From Klebsormidium nitens (lineage: Eukaryota; Plantae; Klebsormidiophyceae), in contig DF236960.1 of assembly GCA_000708835.1 (NCBI GenBank), forward strand, positions 3,235-67,234: DNA of 64,000 bases, in the 5' to 3' direction. This document shows, piece after piece, positions 13,210 to 26,900 of this stretch (its first letter is position 1; each line of letters begins with the position of its first letter). Both the position numbers and the translations under genes were made by a program. Under the pieces are notes generated by a model. It did no database searches. It was given only the letters and a program-made list of their open reading frames with translations, and was not told the origin of the DNA.

Positions 13210-15372
13210 GCTGCCGTCGCTGCAATCTGCTTTTGTGTGTCTGCTCTAGCAACCTGCTCTAACGTTGGTGTAGTCCAGTTTTACTGCTGAGTCAAAGAAG
13301 ATCTGGCAATTGACTTCCCGAGCAGGCCAAGGGGTTATCGTACACTTGGTTTCTCACCCCAAGTTGCTCAAAGCTGCTTTCTCACCCGCTTCTGTTGTCT
13401 AAAACTCCCGTCTCCGTTTGCCAACTCATGATGGCGTTGTAGATCTAGAGGGCATGCTCAGTTTCCATAAGCGGCTTTTCATCGCTTATGCTTTTATGCA
13501 TCAATCCTGTATGCTCGAATGCTTCAGAAGCTTGAAGCGTGCAGCACAGATGCCCGGCGCATGGTCCAAAAAGGAAACCTCCCTCGTATGCAGCAGCTCC
13601 CTCTTCCGTGTACAAATGTCGAAGCATTTATGGTGTTTTTAAAAGGCTCCCAATAACAAGTAGCTCAAATAGATCCTCCTGTCTCGCAATCCGATCCTCA
13701 GCAGGGATTCCTGACTGAATCTTACGTCGCTAGATTTCCACCTGCATTGCTTCTCTGCTGCTCTCTGAATCCAGAACTTCCTGTGAGGTCCGTTGCAAGC
13801 AGCGCAATGCGATTCCCAATGTTCAGAGCTCTACGTTGCAAAGGTAAAGCGTCGCGCTTTTCCGCAGCGCCTTGTTTGCTGGCACCAGCTCCTGAGCAAA
13901 TGTGATGATGCACAATGTTCACTTCATTGTTCACACATTGACCTTTAAGCAGTAATCCAACCTTAGCCTAGGCGGTTGCTTCATAATGCAACTAGCGTAT
14001 GGTCTCTTTCAATATCCTAGATGTACGGTATGTACCAGACGCTCAACGGCGGACTAGGACTAAGTCTCATTGTGATGTCCTCAGCTCTGCCTTTAGAAGG
14101 GCCTATAGGCTTATAGGCCTGTAGGCTTACATTTGACCTAGGTTCTAGTGTACATATCAAGGTCTTGCTCTATTAGGATCTAGGGTACCTATCATACGAT
14201 AGACCTGTACTTGGTACTCCTGCAGTACATAGCCTGCAGCAGCAGCGCAGACCACGCGGCAGTACCTGCCAGGTACGCCACAGGCGCTTTTCGCCCGTAT
14301 TCTGACACGTTTGCAACGGCTGACGCCATTGTGGTGCTTGGGGGGCGCGCGCACAGAGTAAAGTTTGTCCAATACGCTGTACGGCGGAGCTCCGATCTTC
14401 CACTGTAGGAACCCCGCCGAGACCCGGAAGCCCTACAGCGTTATCAGATTAGGTGCAGGCGCGGCGGTCAGCGGCCGCGCAGCCTGCGCGGAAACTTGGA
14501 ACCATTGTACAAATAGGGGATCTACTGTGGGTCTAGTACTGTAGACTCCGAGTCCATGCAGTACTAATGTTGATCAAACGTAGTCAGTATCTAGGCACGA
14601 GTACAGGTGCCAGGTGGTACTACCTAGATACATACACCTAGTAGTAGTAATAGTACCGGTACATAGAAGATCGAACTTCTGCTCCATTGGAAAGGTCCTG
14701 GAAAGGTCATCTGTCCACAGGACGCTTTTTAGCTTCGACGAACCCAATGTTGTGAGCACTCTCTCGATGCAGAACTTTCAGCAGCAGGTGGTCCGGGTCA
14801 AGATTGCTGACCTTCAATGCGTAATGAAATAACATCGACTGAAAGAGCATAAGGGGAGGGCCAGTACTTGTCTCACTCTTCGATCATAGTATGCCTAGTA
14901 ACTTGAATATCTGAACGAATAAAGTATCGATAGCAGGCGAGCATAGTATTAAGTTCCTGCGAATGCTGACCGCTCATTCTATAGTGGAGCCAAGTGACGC
15001 TCACAGCAACAGAACAGTCAGACCAGTAATATTGGGGCACAGAGATTGTGAGGTGCCCAGCAAGACGCTGTGCTTCACTGACGTGTTCAATGCAGGGACG
15101 TCTGTTTGTCTGTTCACTGCTGAATAAACCTAGAGCACACCTTTCGGGCTGAAGTTATAGACCAAACCTTCAGACAGCACTTGCAGCTATCACTTCAGGC
15201 CGTCAAGTTGGCCCTGAGACACTAGAGCTAGCCCCCTGTGTTGAACCTCTGAGTCGACACCATCTCAGATATTTCAGAGAGCGTTTTTCGTGTTTCTAAT
15301 CGAGGTCATTATATAGGGGGCGGGAGCTGAAAACGGTAGGCTTCATAGCCCCTGATCTAGGGAAGGCGAGCG

Positions 15373-17700
15373 ATGGCGTTTTGTAGAGGAAGGGATAGAA
15401 GGTCTTTGTCATCTGTCAGATGCGCGAGACTGCCCCAGTTTTGCTGCAGATCGAGGGACTTCTGGATGATTGGTCTGGTGGTGCTCCTGAGCGCTGCAGC
15501 AGGAAGCAAGCCAGTCGAGGCAAGCCCCGCGCGCCGCCTGCAAGTCCCAAGGGATGCGTTTCTACCAAGCATGGAAACACTTACACAGCCAATCAACCCG
15601 GAAGAGAGCTTGTCACAGGGGAATGTTGAGGTTAGCGTCAACAGTGTTGAGAGCAGCAAAGAATTGAGCCTGGCTGTAGAAGAGACGCATAGAAGCGCAG
15701 TAGTCAACGAGGAAACGCTTGTAAACACAGCCGTTGATAGAGGGCTGCCCGCGATCGCAGCCGTTGATGGGGAAGTGCCCACAAGCACAGCTGTTGATAA
15801 CACGGTAGAAGCATTCCACCTAGAAGAGGAAACGACAGCTGCGCCTGCGGACGGCAGTATACCATTGCTTTCCTCAGAAACGTCTAGTCAAGAGCATCTC
15901 GAAGGCATAGCCTCTAGCGACGTCACAGTTGAGGGGACAAGTGATCTGACGCCCGCTGCAAAGTCCAAAATTTTTGCCGAGGTGGCAAGGGACGCGTCCG
16001 CCGATCCAGAGGCGAGTCAATCAGCTGTAGCGAACAGTCCAGACAGCCTTGACACAACGGGGGAAGCTGCGTTAACGCCTGAGCTGGCGGATGGCGCAAC
16101 GGTGTCAGTACAGAAGGGGGAGAGCTCAGCTGGCGCCATCCAGGAGGAGCTCCAGGACCAGGTGAGAAGGTCGGGTTATAGCATGGTTAGTTTTTTACTT
16201 ATCGTCGAAGGATACTAGTGTAAGCTGTTAGCTAAAACTCATGCATGGCCTACGAAAACGTATTCATCCAAGCTGTGGTACAGTCAAGGGCGCCTGAAGT
16301 GTTCGCCAGTGAGTGAGCAAATATAGAGGACTTTTAAAGCAAAGGCTTCGCAACCAGCTGATGAGCAACTGAACCCACATCGTTAAAAGGATAATGCTCA
16401 ATGTATTCAAGAATGACGTCGCATGTTAATGCTGGCAGCAGCTTAACCTGGTTGAATGTGCTGGGCAGAAGAAACCGAAGAACTCATCAGATGCTCGATC
16501 TTCAGCACTCTCTTTGGACGGTCAAGTCCACTTCTTCATAACAGTCATCTAACACCAAAAAAGGTGAACCGCTGTGTGTTGTTATCTTCTGTGTCTTTTG
16601 AGCAGTCAAATGACGAGACCGTCTCGAACATCTTTGGCAGAGATGTAAGTTCCTATCTTGATAGCATGGCCGTTTCACCCGTCTCGAGATAGTCCTGGTC
16701 TGCATATAAGTCCCCGTTCTCATGCGCTGACTTGAAAGTTGTTCGGTAGGAGCTCAAGGCTGAAGAAACTGGTCCTCGAAAGTTCCGTCATACGAGCAGA
16801 CGTCCTTTCGACGTGTTGCCCACTGAATGTTACAAGAAAACGCTGTCGGATTCTTTTGGCTTCCGGGATCACAACACCTTTTGGAGCAGAAGTCCTCCCC
16901 GGCGGAACGCGTTTTGAATTTCTCTTGGTCACTGATAGAGGTACCTCGCGCCCCTCGGTGGACGAAAGGAGTTGAGCCGAAAATCAATCCGCGCCCTTCT
17001 CAGTAAGGCCGCGTTGATGGTAGCCTTTCAGGAAAGCAGAATGTTGAATGGGAATTGTTGTTTCTGCTCTCGGAGGGAAAGCCGATCTTTGGTCAAACGG
17101 TGCCACGTTACCTCGTCGAAGTCGCTCCCCTGTGTGCAGCAAGGCATTCCGAACCCAATCGGGACCGCATCGAGACGACGTCTACGGCTTTGACAAAATG
17201 ACTTTCGTACGGCGGCTCATTTTTCCATTATAAGCTCGCGCCCAGATGGGTCCGACACCACAAGGCAGAACCGTGCAAGAAAAGGCGCCCCCTTTTACCT
17301 CTTGCAGGACCTTTCCGCGAACAATCTCCAGATCAGCACTTCGTACAACGGCCCCTTCGACGAGGACGCGTTCACACTGGCCGAGGCAGAGGACGTCGAG
17401 GAGTGGGGTGAATTCTTGGTCGACGAGAAGATCGCGGAAGAGTTCCTCGGGAAGAACTGGCGCCAGCACTACGACGACATAAGCGCGGAGTTTCTGTTGT
17501 CCGAGGATGCGAACCGGGCCGAGTTGGCTGGTGTGAATACTCCACAAGAGGGCACTGGAAGTGGAGAAGGGACTGATGTGAATAGCCTCGGAGAAGCCGG
17601 GAGTAATGAGGATGTGGGTCGCCCGGGGGAACGGGTGACCCGGAGAGCGCTTTTGAGATTCAGGGACCGGTTGAGCGGAGGAAGCGAAGGAGGGAAGTAA
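15373..17700 (+). CDS. Predicted secreted, acidic, low-complexity (E/S/A/T-rich) protein, about 393 aa, 2 exons
   Basis: join(15373-16161,17308-17700); donor CAG|GTGAGA, acceptor TTGCAG|GAC, phase 0. Hydrophobic N-terminal stretch MIGLVVLLSAAAG; short TAVD repeats; exon 2 is GC3-rich. The 3' end is uncertain because the TAA overlaps a GTAAGA donor-like site. Confidence 0.7.
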
Positions 17701-18429
17701 GAAAACGAGTTGACGAAGTCGCGTAGGTCCGGAAACTTTCTGGTCAGAATGCCAGAGACGTTCGAAGCTGAGTCGCAGCCTCGATACATGCGTCACATGC
17801 GTGGAAACCTCGTCCATGATCCGTCCAAGGATGTATCAACTTGGCAAAGTCGGGGTATAGTGAAACGTCTTGCAGATGCGTCCCAAAGCTCTGGAGGTGT
17901 AGAAGGTTTCTGGATTAAATCGAAGCTGACTTTAACGGTCCGAGCAAGTCAGTGTGGAAAGCGGGGCGACGTCAGGCCCAATGGCGACGGAGCGAAGTTG
18001 CAAGCCAGCATAGCTGAGTATAGTCACTAAGCAGCGCCCAGGAGATAGACGGCGGCCGCCCAACCAATCAGGTATCGACGTGCTTATGTATGTAAAAATA
18101 ATCTGCAATCGTGCAACGGTAAGTCTGCTTGTCAAGAATCCATGATGCCTTTCGAAACCGCTGATGAATAGCTATACTACAAGGCTGGTCAGCCTTGCCT
18201 CATTGTGTTTAGTAGCAGAGAGCCCACAAACGTCACGGCTGGTTCAGGGTCTGCCAATGACATACGTATACGGCCCTGAAACCACGTGCCTATAGTGAAC
18301 CGCCGGGTGCGATGCCTCTTTCTGTTGCCATTTTCTCGACCAGAGGACCTCGTTTAAGAAGATGGCACTGGCCCGCTTGACTGGTGAAAGGGCAAGTTAC
18401 AATTTCCCAGTCAAAAGACTTCCCTCATC

Positions 18430-18695
18430 GGCCCTGGAACCGAAATCTTGGCATCGGCAGTTTCCAATTTTTGAGACCAGGAATCTGGCATCTCTAAGGA
18501 CTTTGGCATCTCTAACTTTCAGAAACTAAAAATCTGGCATCCAGAAGTTCTCCAAAATCTGAGAGCTTTTTCCAACATTTTAGAGGCTTATTTTTAGGAA
18601 TCTGGCATTCTTGGATCTTAGGAATCTGGAATTTCAGCTTATTTGAGGCCCGCAATCTGGGATTTCCAAACCCAAAAAATGCCGGTTCCAGGGCC
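18430..18695. mobile_element. Putative MITE, 266 bp, with 13-bp terminal inverted repeats
   Basis: GGCCCTGGAACCG at 18430-18442 and its reverse complement CGGTTCCAGGGCC at 18683-18695. AT-rich interior with repeated AATCTGG(CAT) subunits. CCCTCAT occurs in both flanks, a possible imperfect target-site duplication. Confidence 0.65.
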
Positions 18696-20924
18696 AACCC
18701 TCATGCTGAAAGTCGACATCATGGACAAGAGACTCTCAGAGCCTGAACTTCGAGGTGCAGTCAAAGTCCCAACATTGCTGACTTGACGGCGCGTTAAACG
18801 TACCGCGGAACTTAAAACTGGAAAATCGACAAGATTGCTGGACGTTTCAACGTTTGACTTATGGAAGAGACGTACCTCCGCACACTGCACTCGGTGCAGT
18901 GGTCGTACGTGAAAGGTTTCGATCACCTCGTCCGCATCAGATCATATCATGCAAAATGAGTTCGGGCGCCACATTGCAGATACCTGGCCCGGCCCGTTTA
19001 ACTTTGACGCGCAACGACTCAAGATTATACGTCATACACTGGTCAATTCGGCTAGCTCTGGCCAGTAGTCGAAGGCTTCGATCAAAAGTGTCGTAAAGCT
19101 TTGATCATTGAGCGAACGGATCAAGTACAGGTGGCGGCGCTCCCATTGGCCCGGACATTGACTCAGCGACGCTTCCAATCTGACATGATTACTCATTCTG
19201 AGCGAAAATAGCGGCCGGCGAGACCAAGTGTCAATTCGAATACACTGTATCACCCACGAATCAGCCGGGACCAGCTATTTTCCCCACATTTTCCCCTGCC
19301 GGATCCGCATTTGTAGCAATAATTAAAGCAATTCCCTAGCAAGGTTCTGATCCCGTTCTGATATCAACCGAAGGGCCTGGGACCTGCAGGGGCGCCGAAC
19401 TGTCAAAGTAAGGTGCAAGGGTATAGCTTACAATCATGTGCGCCAGCTGGCATCCTCGTGAGACACATGCAATGAGGGGACGTATCAATGACGCAAGGCA
19501 TAATGAGAATTCGGTTATTTTCCATGTTATGGACCAAGAAGTGCAGCTTGTGAATTGGGAGCTGCCAGTACGCGCTTTCCTCGCTATTAAATCGATTTGA
19601 AGGTGGTTGGAAGTTGAAACACGTCCAGACTGTTGAACTGGAACTTCCCCGGCGGGCCGACTGCTATGCATGCGGCCGGAGGCGCGATGACGTCGCGGCC
19701 GCGTCACCATCCTAGTTGCTCAGTTCCCGGCTTTCTGCGCGGCCGCGCTGGCCGGCAGCACGGTTCAATTGCATGACCGTATGATGACGCCGTACGGCAC
19801 GGCCGCCCGAGGTTTTAGGCGGTTTTGTGCATGCATGGTTTGCGCAACGTACCGGTACGATGAGATTCGTGAATTTCATAAACTGAACTGACGACGTCAA
19901 AAGTGGGAAGTACATCTGGGAAAGCGTATTCAAGCCGTCCGATCGACCATCGGTGAGCTTTTATGACGTCGCCCTGCTTTTTGAGATCCTCCGGCAGTTG
20001 CGGAATCTCTAATTTGAACCTCAGGGCCCCAGGCAGTTGTAAATGACGACGAATCATTGGGCGCGTGTCAGACTCTTGCACAGCAGTGAGCACTGGTAAA
20101 ATTCTTCCCTATGTGAGGCTATATCACCTCTTTTTAACAGGCAAGTGTCGCAAGATTTGGGTAATCGGGGTGCTTGAAACAAGCCCTAACCCAAATGCTT
20201 TAACGTGCTCTTAGTACCGGGCCCAGCCGACGAGAGCCAAACTATAATTCTAACCCTTCCCGTCTCCCGGGCATATCTAAGGTCAGACGGCACTTTTAAA
20301 AGTACGTTCCACGAGAGTCGAGAGTGTTCCGATTCCTCTGCCTCTGCCAGGCTGTCTGAGCCTGTCTCAGTCTGGCCGGGCAGGGTTTGCAGATTGTTGA
20401 GCAGATTGCAGGCTGTCGGTTGTTGCCATGTCGGTGAACATTGTCTCCGTTCAGTGCGAAATGGTTTCTTCTTGAAAGCCCTCAAGCTTTGACTTCAAGT
20501 TCAAGGAGAGCTCTCGAAATTTTGCCGGATGGCAGCTCTGAACCAGCTGGAGCTGCTGAACAGGCAAAGTGCCCGTTTGAGACGAGGAGCCGGCAAGGGA
20601 AACCTTTTTCCCCAGCTTGCAGTTGATTACATCGTAGACAGGAAAGCTTTGAGAAGGATCGGCTGGGCACAGCAAGGATCTGTCAAACGGGTTAGTGATC
20701 CAGGCTGCATTTGCAATGCTACACACTGGAGGAGTTTCTGAAGCATGTAGATAGTGACATCTGGCAGCAAATTCTAACGAAAGCTGAGTGTGTACACGTG
20801 ACACGACGATATCAAGAATCGCTTTTGTTCAAAGGCAGGGGCTCCATTATCACAATAAACCCCAACATCTGTCGCACTCCGCATAAAGTATCTTCCAAAC
20901 CACCGTGTTTTTCCCTGAACAACC

Positions 20925-23900
20925 ATGGTTCCTAAAGTAAGCATCGCAGCTTTGATTCTTGTCCTCGTCACAAGTCTCTTTGGCCCAGCAAGCACGTTGC
21001 CAAACCGGGAGCTCCTAGCCGACGTTAGCTTCCCCACGGGCAGCGCACCCAGTCTCCTCTCCACCAACGCTTTCCAGTCTGCATCGGGACCTCCCTACTC
21101 TCTCTACCCCAGTGTCCCCGCATTGTTTTCCTTCGGTGATGGGGGCCAAGATGTTGGAAACGTGCTTTACCTGGGACATGACAACTCAACCAAGCATTAC
21201 CCCTTTGGGACCAGCTTCTACAACCTGACGGGGCGGTTCAGCGACGGCCGCGTTTTTGCAGATTTCTTCGGTAAGTCCGTACTTGGATCACTCTTCATGA
21301 TCATCTTTGACTTGTGCTTAGAAGGCTGACCTTCTGTGTGGTTGGGAGTGGACTCAGGTTGTGGACGGTTTGAATTGCCTTCCGACTTTCTTACTGACTG
21401 CGGTGCCAGCGGATTCTCGCCTCTTTCTCTGCTCTTCCTTGTATTTCTGCCACAATCTGCAAAAAGTATTCAAACATTGGCGAATGAAGCGAGTTCAGGA
21501 TTTGGACGTTCTTCTGCAACTGTTTATTGAGCTGGAAACCGTTCCTCTTTTTGGATGTCTTTCTGGATTTTGCAGCGTTCCTGTTTGTTTTCAAGTTCTG
21601 AGGAAGTTTCATTTGCTCCAATTTAAACTCCTCTGGAAGGTTCGTCTAATGTGACTTTTGGACTGGGCGAAAAAGAGAGACACTCCACACATTTGGAATT
21701 CTTTTCATCTGGTACAAATGTCATTGCGTTGCAGAGCACCATTTATGAAGCAATGCGCAGAATGTGAATTCTCAAGCGAGCAGATTCAGGTGGTTCGAGC
21801 TCCCTCTTTCGCATCGCTGGCTTTAGCAAAATGCCCCTTTTGCACGAGCTGTCCCGAAGTCTGGATCATACCAAGTTCTCTGTTTGACTGCTCCCCAGGG
21901 TTTGCCTCCTGGTTTTGTTCTCACTTCCCCCTACAAAGTCAATCTTGATGCACAGAAGTTTGAGCATCAGGCGCGTTTGCTCTTGAACTTGCAGACAAGG
22001 TCGTTGATCTTTGTGGAACCAGCAGCGCACTAGAGACTCAACTGCAATGATGTTTGAAGTTTTTGGGAAATTGAGGACTGTACTGAGGTCCTCAAGTTGC
22101 TGCCTTTGCCAAAGCTTGTCCTGCGGAGATTGTCAACCTACCTAAGCTTCCTTTTCTTGCCAACATTCTCCACATGCACCTCAGAATATCAGCTGGTCTT
22201 GGTTAGCTGCCTCGCTGAAGCACAACCTACTCCTTGCAAGTACTCCGAATGTGTTGCAGGTACTCCGAATGTAACCAAGACAAATCCTCAAAGAAACCCT
22301 GACACAAATTTGCACATTCTGACTGCAAGCGCTAGCACGTCCTTAACTTTGACACAGGATCAAGCATGTAATATCGCCGTGTTGCGCGTCCAACAATAAA
22401 AGGGGAAAAGAGCGAAGGGTTGCAGACCCTCATACAGGTGGTCCATTCCGTGTATTATAAGAGACTCTGTTAAAACATGAGACCTCTAAGCCAGAGCACG
22501 ACTCAAGTGCAAAGCAAACGCGGCTTTCCATTTCTCACAAAATCTGGCTCCCTTACGGATCGAGTCGATCCGCCTCTCCTTCACCTTCAGCCCATCCTCT
22601 TGCCCTGATCTTCAAGCTTGATACTCGCAAGATCCAAAGCAGGTCTCTTTTTTAACCAGTTGCTCAGCAAAGGACTCGCCGTTGTTTGCGGCATCACAGC
22701 TTTCTTTCAAGCCGAGACGTGCTCCTGACGATTGCTCCTGAGAGACCTGAGCCAATTTGTCCTACATTGTGAAGCAAGCAAAAGGAAAGTCTGATTGACA
22801 AATTGTTCTCCTCCCCTTGCAGCGCAAGCATTGGGCCTGCCTTTCCTGACGCCCAGCCTCACGCCGAACGGAAACTTTTACCAAGGCGCCAGCTTTGCCT
22901 CTGCCTCCAGCGGCCGTTTCAATGACACCGGGGACTCGGACGGCTTCCGAGGGATCCCTCTCCTCAAGCAGGTAAGAAGCCTGCATGACATAGTTTTGCG
23001 CTCTCATCCGGGGTTTAGCGGTTCCGAACGTGGACATCGACGTGCATTCAATTGGGGGGGATCCAGCTGAGGCGTGGAGATGGGTTCATTCGGTTCATCC
23101 ATTTGGTTCATCCATTCTGTTCATTTTGTTCATTAATGCAATTACTTCGTTCAAAGGGTTGCCGATCGCTGCCCCCAAAAAAACACCTCCTTCAGCAATC
23201 CTGTGCAAGATGCATCAAACATTGTGATCTTCCTTTGTATTAGGGAGTCCCACCTCAAGCGGATTGGAGAAAATTGGCGTCGTAACTAGCATGTCAGGTC
23301 GTTCCACTGTAGATTCGCCTGGACGTTTGCCCCAGCGTAGAGACGGGATATCGGAAGTTTCACTGTGCGTCGTCAGCATATGCTCTCTTGAATGCGTTCT
23401 TTCTCCTAATCAAGTTTCCACAAAACCCTATGGTTCATTTTGTTGTCTGCCAGTTCCCTGACTGTGTTGCCGTCAATGACTACACATCTGGTCGTCCATT
23501 TGACATGGTTGCAGAATCTTTCTCTGTAGCGCTTTGCTCCCCAAAGTGCTTGCAAGCTTCATGATCTGAACACCGCTCAATGTGGAGATCTCCCTTTACA
23601 AATCTTCCTTTCGTTTCATTCTCTGGCAGCGGGGAGAGCCCATCAATCACGTTTGACCACAGTCTGTGCTTCTAAGACCTCCGTGAATCTTCCTCCCCCC
23701 TCACAGGTCGACAACTTTATCCAGTTCCAAGCAGATGCGAGAGCCTACTGGGCAGGTTTCAACTCGACCTACCCCCCCGAAAGGATCCCCCGTTACCCGA
23801 TGCCGGAGTTTTTCAGCCGGGCGATTTACATGGTCCAGTCAGGGGGAAACGACCTTCTGAATTTCAGGAATCAGGGCTTGACACCAGCGGACATCCCTGC

Positions 23901-26900
23901 TTTCGCTACAAACATGACGGCCGTCTACGAAACTTTCGTGCGGGTAAGCCTTCTGCCTCGCTCATGATTGGAGGCGTTTATAGAAAGCCCGCTGTGAGAT
24001 GTGGGAAGTCGGGCGCTTGGGGAAAAGTGCGTTTCGAACTTAACATCAGGGAACACGTTTGCAATTTGCTTGATGCATCTGCAGTATGAAGAGCTTTGCT
24101 TTATGTGTCCGCAGTCATTGAGGCTCTTCAACCCCGCAACGTCCTGACCACTGTCTCGGAATCTACGTGTTGAAGCTTTTTCCTTTCGGAAAAGTTGTTG
24201 ACTATTCCGAGGTTTGGTGCGTTTGAACACTCCTCTTAAGCTGACTCCGGCGAAACCTCGCAGACAACTTCGAACATGACGTGTGGTGCTTGGTCTGGTT
24301 CTAGAGCTTGGCGGACAGCTGCGCATTCGAAGCAGACTGGACTTACGCGCAGATTTATGCTGAGATGGAGCGGTTTGATTGAGTCCTCGCTTTTGACGCG
24401 CTTAGAGCTGCTGCTGTTCTGGCAAAGCTCCATAGACCATAAGCACAGTACGAGATCGTCGAGCGACACCTCTGAAAGGAGTTTGATGGACACATTGCAG
24501 TCGGACTGTACGGATCAACCCTGCGGTCTACTGTGGTCTACTGAATTCAAGTAACTCCTTTATAGGCGTTTGTAGGGTACTTGTCAGATAAAGCCTATTC
24601 AGATGTATGCTTGCCGAATCCACACTGATCATTTTTGATTGCCCCCCTGCATTCGAGAGCTGGCAATTCTCTGGTCACAGTGGTTGGGCTCAACTGGAAA
24701 CCCGTTCTGGACTCAAAAAAGAACGTTCGGAACCGGAACCCAAATCAATTCTTATCTCTTGCTCCTTTGCAGGCGCTAAATGCAACGTTAGCCCGCAAGT
24801 ACGTCGTTACAATGCTGGCCTGAGCTGGAAACCTGGTTCGGTTCTTCTCTTTTCCCCCCTTAACCCGCAAAACAAACCCACTTTGATTATAAACGCTTGC
24901 TCCCCTGCAGGCGCTTTATGCAACGGGAGCCCGCAAGTTCTTCATCATGAACATCGGCCTCTTTGGCTGCACCCCACTCTCCATACGCAACAACAACGGT
25001 TCCTGCGGGTGAGTTTTCTTGCTGAATCAGCCGAGCTCTTAATTTCGTCATCGCTGGCCTTCCTTTGTGCTCTCATCTTGCTGTGCAAGGTCTCCTTGGT
25101 TCGATCTCCTAGGACTCAATGCGGGTCCCCTTGTCTAGGGCCGCCCGCTTCCCTGTGCTTCTTTTCGGTGCTTCGTCTCAGCGTGAATAATGAATCACTT
25201 TGTTACTGCGCTGCAGTTGTTCTGTTGGTGTCCTTCTCTTGTGCTTCCTTCTTCTGTTCCTTGGGTCCGGATTTGTTCACCCTCCATCTTGCTTCGGGGT
25301 TGTGTTCAATTTTGTTTGAAATCTGATCAGTCCGTGCTTGGTTTTGCTTTGGATCACAATTTTCATTCTACGCTTCGTCTCCGCCCCTCGCTTCGCTCTG
25401 TGCTCCCTTCAATTGGCTCCGAATGCATTGGTTCTGCTCGTCTCAGGACCGCTCCGCCTTTGCTTCAAGGTTGCTTCTATCTGCTATGCTTTGGTATGAG
25501 CGAATGGTTCCGCTTTGCCGGCATAGCGCTCTCGCTTTGTCCGCTACCTCAGTACTCGTGTTCGCTCCCCTACTTCGCCGTTCTTGACATGTTGGCGTTT
25601 CGTTGGTCCACCTAGCAAATCAGTCGTCAACTAGGATTCTGAAAGCTGGAGTTATGGTGTCAAAGAAACAAACGGGCTCGTGGTATACGTAGTGTTTGAC
25701 AGCCAACTATCAGGAAAGGAAGCTGGTTGGTCGTGAATGGAGACAAAAAGTTAGTCATTGTCTGTAACAGATACAGAATGTTATTCACCAAAAATCCTGA
25801 CACTTGCGGAGAAATGTGCATTGGTCATACATGCCAGTAGCTGCTTCTAGCAAGCTGCTACATGCTCTGTGCGTCGGTAGACAATCTCGGCAAGGTCTTT
25901 CCAGTCGCAGAAGCCCAAATAGACTACACGATTTCTGCACCATGCCGAAAGGCAGGAAACTAGCTGGGTTTGCTAAAGAACAGTATACGGGAATTTTAAC
26001 CTCGGTTCAAAGAGCAGGAAATTGGTGGTTATTCTCCCGTCCAACCGACCAAACACGTCTTTCGAACAAGAGTCAAAGACTGGTTTCTTGAAACCCGCTT
26101 TCTTTGCAGGGTTCTTACCAACGCGCTCTGTTCGAACATCGTCAACCAGACGACGGCGCTCAACTCTCGGCTGTCGACACAGCTCCTCAACTCCAGCTTC
26201 GTCCAGGGGGACTTTTACCAGTTTAATCTGGACGTTTTCAACAACCCGGCCGCGTTTGGTGAGCCGAAAGGCAAATGCTTTGCGCCTTCTTCCGCATACA
26301 GTGTCAACAAAGTGATTCAGAGTATGGCAGTTTATGCTTGTGTACCAAAAACGAGGACGCACGTAACAAGCTCTGGTCATCCGGCAGGAGATTGGCTGGC
26401 TCCTGCCTTGACGTACGCTTTCGGAAGCTGCCCTGCAAATGGTCGTTAAATGCGTGTAGGTTTTGCCACTTTTCTTGCCTTGAAAGTCGACGAGTCTACG
26501 TCACAATGTTTCAAAGCAGCACACAATCTGTCGCCTTCGTTAAGCCGATAGGAAAGCCGCATCCTGCACACTTGACAAAACATTGGACATGAAACGAGTC
26601 TATTCATTGGTGCCAGTTCAAGTTCAGAACAATCTATCGATAGGCCAAAGGGAGTGTACGTAGTAGTGCCATCTCGATCCGTTCTCATTGTCGACTCTCA
26701 GCCTGCAAGTGTTGAGTAATGATCGGTGTCGGCCTTTCTTTCGTTCTGCAGGGGTGGTAAACGCAACTGGGGCGTGTTGCGGGTCAACTACGTTATCGGT
26801 GGGTTACCGACCACGGGTCAAGCTTTAACTGGTTTTCGCTGCATTGCCGTGGTGAAGTAAGCACGGGAGCGATTCGCGAATGTCGATCGCCGCACCCGGA

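Noticed and set aside
19815-20850. Protein-like short ORFs upstream of the GDSL gene
   Set aside because: Interrupted by stops, no identifiable domain and no exon chain.
24607-25615. 239-aa and 141-aa hydrophobic ORFs inside the GDSL gene
   Set aside because: They run through pyrimidine-rich intron sequence, out of frame with the true exon 4.
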